Assembly: GCF_964213995.1 (NCBI RefSeq)
Contig: NW_027592387.1
Span: 1-55,680 of the forward strand
Length of the DNA: 55,680 nucleotides
Direction: 5' to 3'
Source of the DNA: Mustelus asterias
Lineage: Eukaryota
In this document: positions 51,401-55,680 of the stretch, piece after piece
Layout: the number at the start of each line of letters is the position of its first letter
Position numbering within the stretch: position 1 is the stretch's first letter
Made by a program: the position numbers and the translations under genes
The notes under the pieces: generated by a model
Databases searched by the model: none
The model's input: only the letters and a program-made list of their open reading frames with translations
What the model was told of the DNA's origin: nothing

Positions 51401-53333
51401 TGCGACTTCACTGAAAAAAAATGTAAAAATCGGATACCAAAATTGCCAAAAAGAAACGTCTTATTGTGCAAAACACGTATTCCAGTGAATGCGAACTAAT
51501 CTGGGATATAACGATTAATGCAAAGTATCTTGTTGAATTGAGCGCTGCGGTGGAAACAGCATGTTATCATTGAAGTCATTTCTGGAATTATCAATAAATA
51601 TTTCCAGTCTGGAAAATTTTCTGGTCATGTTAGTGAAAAGCACAACAGAACTATTAAAGGGGATTAATGCTAAATTATATTAATATAAAATAATCTTAGG
51701 TGAATATGGAGTTATATTACCGATTAATAATTGTTTGGTTTATATTAACTTTGCAATTAAACTTGTTAATGAGAAGTTTGTGTTTGCAGCAACGACTTAG
51801 TTTCCGAATGAGCATTGTAAGTCATGATTTTTCGATAAAAGTCGAAAGGTTACTTTAATTTGTCAGCATTAGTTAACATTTATAAAAATGCTGTGATATC
51901 TTTATTTTAGTTTCTTTCCAAAACCTGCTCGTTTTCTCCCTCCAAGGATTTTCAAACTCAAAGATTGTTTGCATTCAACCAGAAAACGTCTAACCACTCA
52001 GTGCCACCGAGCTAAAACAATGCAGAAATAATGCCGAAACACCAAACCATTTCACAAATTTTAAACATTCATAGTGGCCGAACCAGAGTCTCCTCAACAG
52101 AAACACACGAAAACACATCCATGAGGGAATGAATCCATTTCACGGAGAAGCAGCTCAATTATCCATTCAACAGAACATTGCAAGAAAATCTCAATGTCGA
52201 ATCTAGCAAACGAGCTCTTAACCAACTATTAAACTGAACAGAAATCTAGTACAATAGCAATAGCATTGCGAGGTGGTGGAATGTGTCCAACAAATTAGTA
52301 TTGAAACTTTATCACATTTAATTCATATTGGGTCATGTATCAAACATATTTAAACATTTGGATGGTAAAAGCTCCAGCCATCAAACGTCTCCGAGATTTA
52401 GCATTGCAGGTACCCCAAATTGCGAATGCAGTGACAAACTATGTTCTGAACGAGTGGCATAAACCGTACTTTAGTTGAACCTGCAATTATCACTTAAGAT
52501 TTTAAAAATACAAACAGAATAAAGCCTGCCTGATTTCTGCCTGTAGTCATGCGTCAAGCAGTTGCAAACCCGCAGACTGTTCGTATTCAATCACAAAGCG
52601 TGTAACAGCTCAGTCTCACCGAGGGTTTAAGCAATGCAGAAACAATGCAGAAACACCCAACTATTTCACAAACTTTACTTATTTAAAGTCATCCAGATAC
52701 ATAATCTCCTCACCAGAAAAAACGCATCACTGAGAAGCTGAACCCCGCTTCCTGCAGAAGCAGCTCAATTCTACAAACACTTTCAACAGATTCAAATGTA
52801 ACATTGACAGAAATTTTTAATATAAATTCCAGCCAATCCGCCCATCACCAAAGTAATTAATGTTTAAAATAAGCAGAAATATTGCCTAGCATCACCAGCA
52901 CTGCTAGTGAGTGGAACATGTTCACTGGATTAATATAGACATTTTAGAACTTTTTAAAAATATAGGCTTAGATTTCAAACACTTGTGCAGTAGATGGTAC
53001 AACCCGCAGCCACTAGATGTCACCGAGATTAAACATGACCGAAACGCTGAATTGTTTAACAGACGTCAGGCTTTTAAAGTAACCCAGCCACACAGTAGCC
53101 TCAAAAGATAAACACAAAATCACAATAATTAGGGATTGAATCCCTCAGCAGCACCGATTGTCAAGAAACAGCAGAATTCTAGAACCCCTTTGCAGCAGAA
53201 TCACAGGAAACATTGTAAAAATTCTCAATCCACCAAACCCACATTTAAGTAAACAAATGGATGTTTAGTATAGACAAAAATATAAAACAAAGACACATGT
53301 AAACCAATTATTCAATAAGTGCATTGCTCTTAC

Positions 53334-53381
53334 CTGCAGTCACCGTCACCATGGTACCTTGTCCCCAGTAGTCGAAGTAGT
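53334..53381 (-). CDS. IGHJ: JH segment YFDYWGQGTMVTVTA
   Basis: WGxG motif and phase-1 donor G|GTAAG. Confidence 0.98.
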
Positions 53382-53420
53382 CACAGTGTCACATTCCCTG
53401 GGCTGTGTCGTACAATAACC
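53382..53420 (+). other. JH 23-RSS
   Basis: CACAGTG 53382-53388, 23-bp spacer, ACAATAACC 53412-53420. Confidence 0.97.
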
Positions 53421-53744
53421 GTCCCTGCACAAAATAGATACAAAATCACCATTATTTTAAATATTCACAAACCAGAGGAAAAGCAAAGTCAATTAATGTT
53501 CATTAAATTATAATTGTATTTCTGGATACTATTCTCCATTCATAACTGACCCTAATATTTTATACTTCACAGAGGAATACAGGAACATGTTATTGAAAAC
53601 ACCAACTGATAACTGAGTAATTATCAGATTTTCCATTTTCATTCTTATCATGTGGTCAGTGCTGGACATAAATAATACTGTATTGTGATTAAAGTTGGAA
53701 TTTAAAAGTGACACTGATCCAGCCTCAATCAATTAGTGCTGAGG

Positions 53745-53812
53745 GGTTTTTGCATTGACAGTAAATGTTGTGCCACCCAGTTATCACAGTGAGACACAGC
53801 ATGACAAATACT
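53745..53812 (-). other. IGHD: DH segment (D2) ATAACTGGGTGG at 53773-53784 with 12-RSS on both sides
   Basis: V-side RSS CACAGTG 53785-53791, 12 bp, ACAAATACT; J-side RSS CACAACA 53772-53766, 12 bp, GCAAAAACC. Confidence 0.93.
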
Positions 53813-54122
53813 GCGGCAGACTGTTAACTGTAAAATGCAGATAGGTCATTTCACTGCTATTTCAAAAGCCTGTTTCAATGTCGTTTAAGAGTGAGTCAGT
53901 GAGATATTTCAATTTTTACTGGTCATGAGATTGATAAAGGGGATTAGAAACTTTTACACTCTCCGTGCACATTCAGCATGTAAATCAATAACAATAAAGT
54001 TGAAGTATTTTATATCTTTTAAAAAACAATGCTGCTTCTACCTATTATTTTGTCTATTCCTCATTCTGTTTAGCATTCGGCAGTGGCACTGATCACATAT
54101 TTAAGCAAAGTCTTTCCTCTGA

Positions 54123-54160
54123 GGTTTTTGTATGAGGATGTCGCTATGCTCAGCACTGTG
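54123..54160 (-). other. RSS with 22-bp spacer following the VD join
   Basis: CACAGTG-CTGAGCATAGCGACATCCTCAT-ACAAAAACC. Confidence 0.97.
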
Positions 54161-54472
54161 ACCCACTGCTGTAGTATGCACAGTAATAGATGGCGGTGTC
54201 TTCAGTCTTCAGGCTCTTCATGTCCAAAACGAAGATGCTCTTTGAAATGTCTTTGGACGCAGTAAATCGATTCTTAATTGCTGGGGCGTAGTTGCCGGAT
54301 GAAGTATAGTAGCTGACCAGCCACTCCAGGCCCTGCCCGGGAACCTGCCGGATCCAACCCATGTAGTAGCTGCTGAGATCGAAGCCGCTGGTTTTACAGG
54401 TCAGTTTCAGGGAGCCTCCGGGACGCCCGGTCTCTGCCTCTGGCTGAGTCAACACAACCTGCGTCTGGACAC
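54161..54472 (-). CDS. IGHV: VH exon fused in frame to D1-like segment (54161-54176)
   Basis: [52 protein letters not shown]...EDTAIYYCA then YYSSG (TACTACAGCAGTGGGT); acceptor TTTTACAG. Confidence 0.96.
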
Positions 54473-54596
54473 CTGTAAAAGTAGATCAAAAAACCCGAGG
54501 ATTAATCCTGGTGTGATGATTTTTTACTCTGGAATATGGACTAACACTGAGACAGTAACAGTGAGAGAATTGGACAATGAAAAAAAAACTACTCAC

Positions 54597-54642
54597 CGGA
54601 TAAGAAAGTCAGCAACAAACTGAGAGAAATCGCCGACCTCAT
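54597..54642 (-). CDS. IGHV: VH leader exon MRSAISLSLLLTFLS
   Basis: ATG at 54642, 46 nt, donor GTGAGT, 124-bp intron. Confidence 0.95.
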
Positions 54643-54724
54643 CCTTCTGGTAAATTGGGGGAAATAGTTGTGTCAGGAACTCAGTGAACAAACCAGCTCC
54701 CGGACTGTAGGATTCCGGTCCCAG

Positions 54725-54820
54725 TGAGCGGTATTTAAATACCCGCCAGAAGGGGGCGGCTTTCCAGGCGCCGCCTGTTGATTCCCTGCTGGAGGCGGCG
54801 ACAGGATCCAGGTCCCACCT
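54725..54820 (-). promoter_or_regulatory. VH promoter: TATA-like TTTAAATA within palindrome GGTATTTAAATACC (54730-54743), GC-rich upstream, no octamer
   Basis: ~90 bp upstream of the ATG; no ATGCAAAT/ATTTGCAT seen between 54642 and the window end. Confidence 0.65.
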
Positions 54821-55680
54821 TCCACACCCGCAACAGAATGGAGTCCCAGATTTACAATAGGTTAATATTAAAATGGCCATTTTATCTGTATCGGGATATT
54901 TGTTTGGCTGATTATGTTCATTGTATTGTCTCCATTATTTCTGATGGTGATATTGCAGTTCATCATTTCTTTATTTAAAATAACTAATTCCATTGTAAAT
55001 ATGGTGATTTTATTACCACGCCCCCAAGAAGAACACAAATCTAAAAATGATGAAATAACATTTTTGGAAAATAAAGAGACCGTCAGTCTATTTTGCAACA
55101 ATTCCGGGTCTCTGTCACATCACAATAATAAAACATCATTTATCAGAATAATTTTTACCGATTCCTGTAACTAAATGAGGGGGTATGAACAAAGTGATTG
55201 CATTTACAGTGCGGATGGCTATCACTGTACAATTTGGGTTTGGAGATGAGAAGAAACTCTCACACAATACAATGTTTCTCCTTATATTTGTCAAACTGCC
55301 CCAATCTCGAAGACAGCCCTTTGAAAATGATAAGAATCCTGCCCTCCTGATAATTAAATAGTGAGTTGACAGAGAAACATAAAATTAACCTCGACTTTTG
55401 ACAGAGAAGTTAATGAATGGAACGGACACGGAGATCATTAAAGTTCTCCTTCAGCATCCAGATCATTGCAGGTCACTCTATCGGCCACCGGCTGTCTAAC
55501 ATTCGCTGGTATTGCGAACACAAGATATCAGGGCTTTGCGGCACATTGCACAATATCACAAGAATAAATGTTTTATCTTCCATTGAATCAGGTTATGAAC
55601 TGATCATTTCTCCACTTATTGGCAGCTATGATTGGAACTCTTCAATAACAGGAATCAGATTATACTGTACAATAGAATAG

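Noticed and set aside
38627-54642. IgW or IgNAR identity
   Set aside because: Four C domains, mu-type tail and CH1, and a conventional VH with WIRQ/GLEW framework 2 indicate IgM.

Overview
Eukaryotic, repeat-rich DNA from a cartilaginous fish (shark-type IgH cluster organisation, HE1-like SINEs, CR1 LINEs). Left part (~1-33.7 kb): four tandem C2H2 zinc-finger genes (A 8.4-9.3 kb minus, B 15.0-16.5 kb minus, C 19.1-21.1 kb plus, D 28.0-28.8 kb plus). No KRAB/SCAN/BTB/SET domain is visible and each gene carries a stop or frameshift. They sit among CpG-island promoters, a 2.6-kb 18/19-bp minisatellite, CR1/Rex1/Tx1 LINE fragments, tRNA-derived SINEs and Penelope-like elements with minimal hammerhead ribozyme motifs. 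Right part (~34.7-54.8 kb, minus strand): one complete, apparently intact IgM heavy-chain minilocus (leader, VH, D, JH, CH1-CH4 plus secretory tail, TM1, TM2). Most notable: VH is already fused in frame to a D1-like segment and followed by a 22-bp-spacer RSS, giving a pre-joined VD-D-J cluster, while D2 and J are unrearranged. Other highlights: a G-rich (non-template) minisatellite upstream of CH1, convergent CTCF-like motifs bracketing the minilocus, an orphan ZNF-type promoter facing the IgM 3' end, and a minisatellite whose single-copy ancestral form is visible elsewhere in the window. All calls were made by eye; repeat boundaries are approximate.
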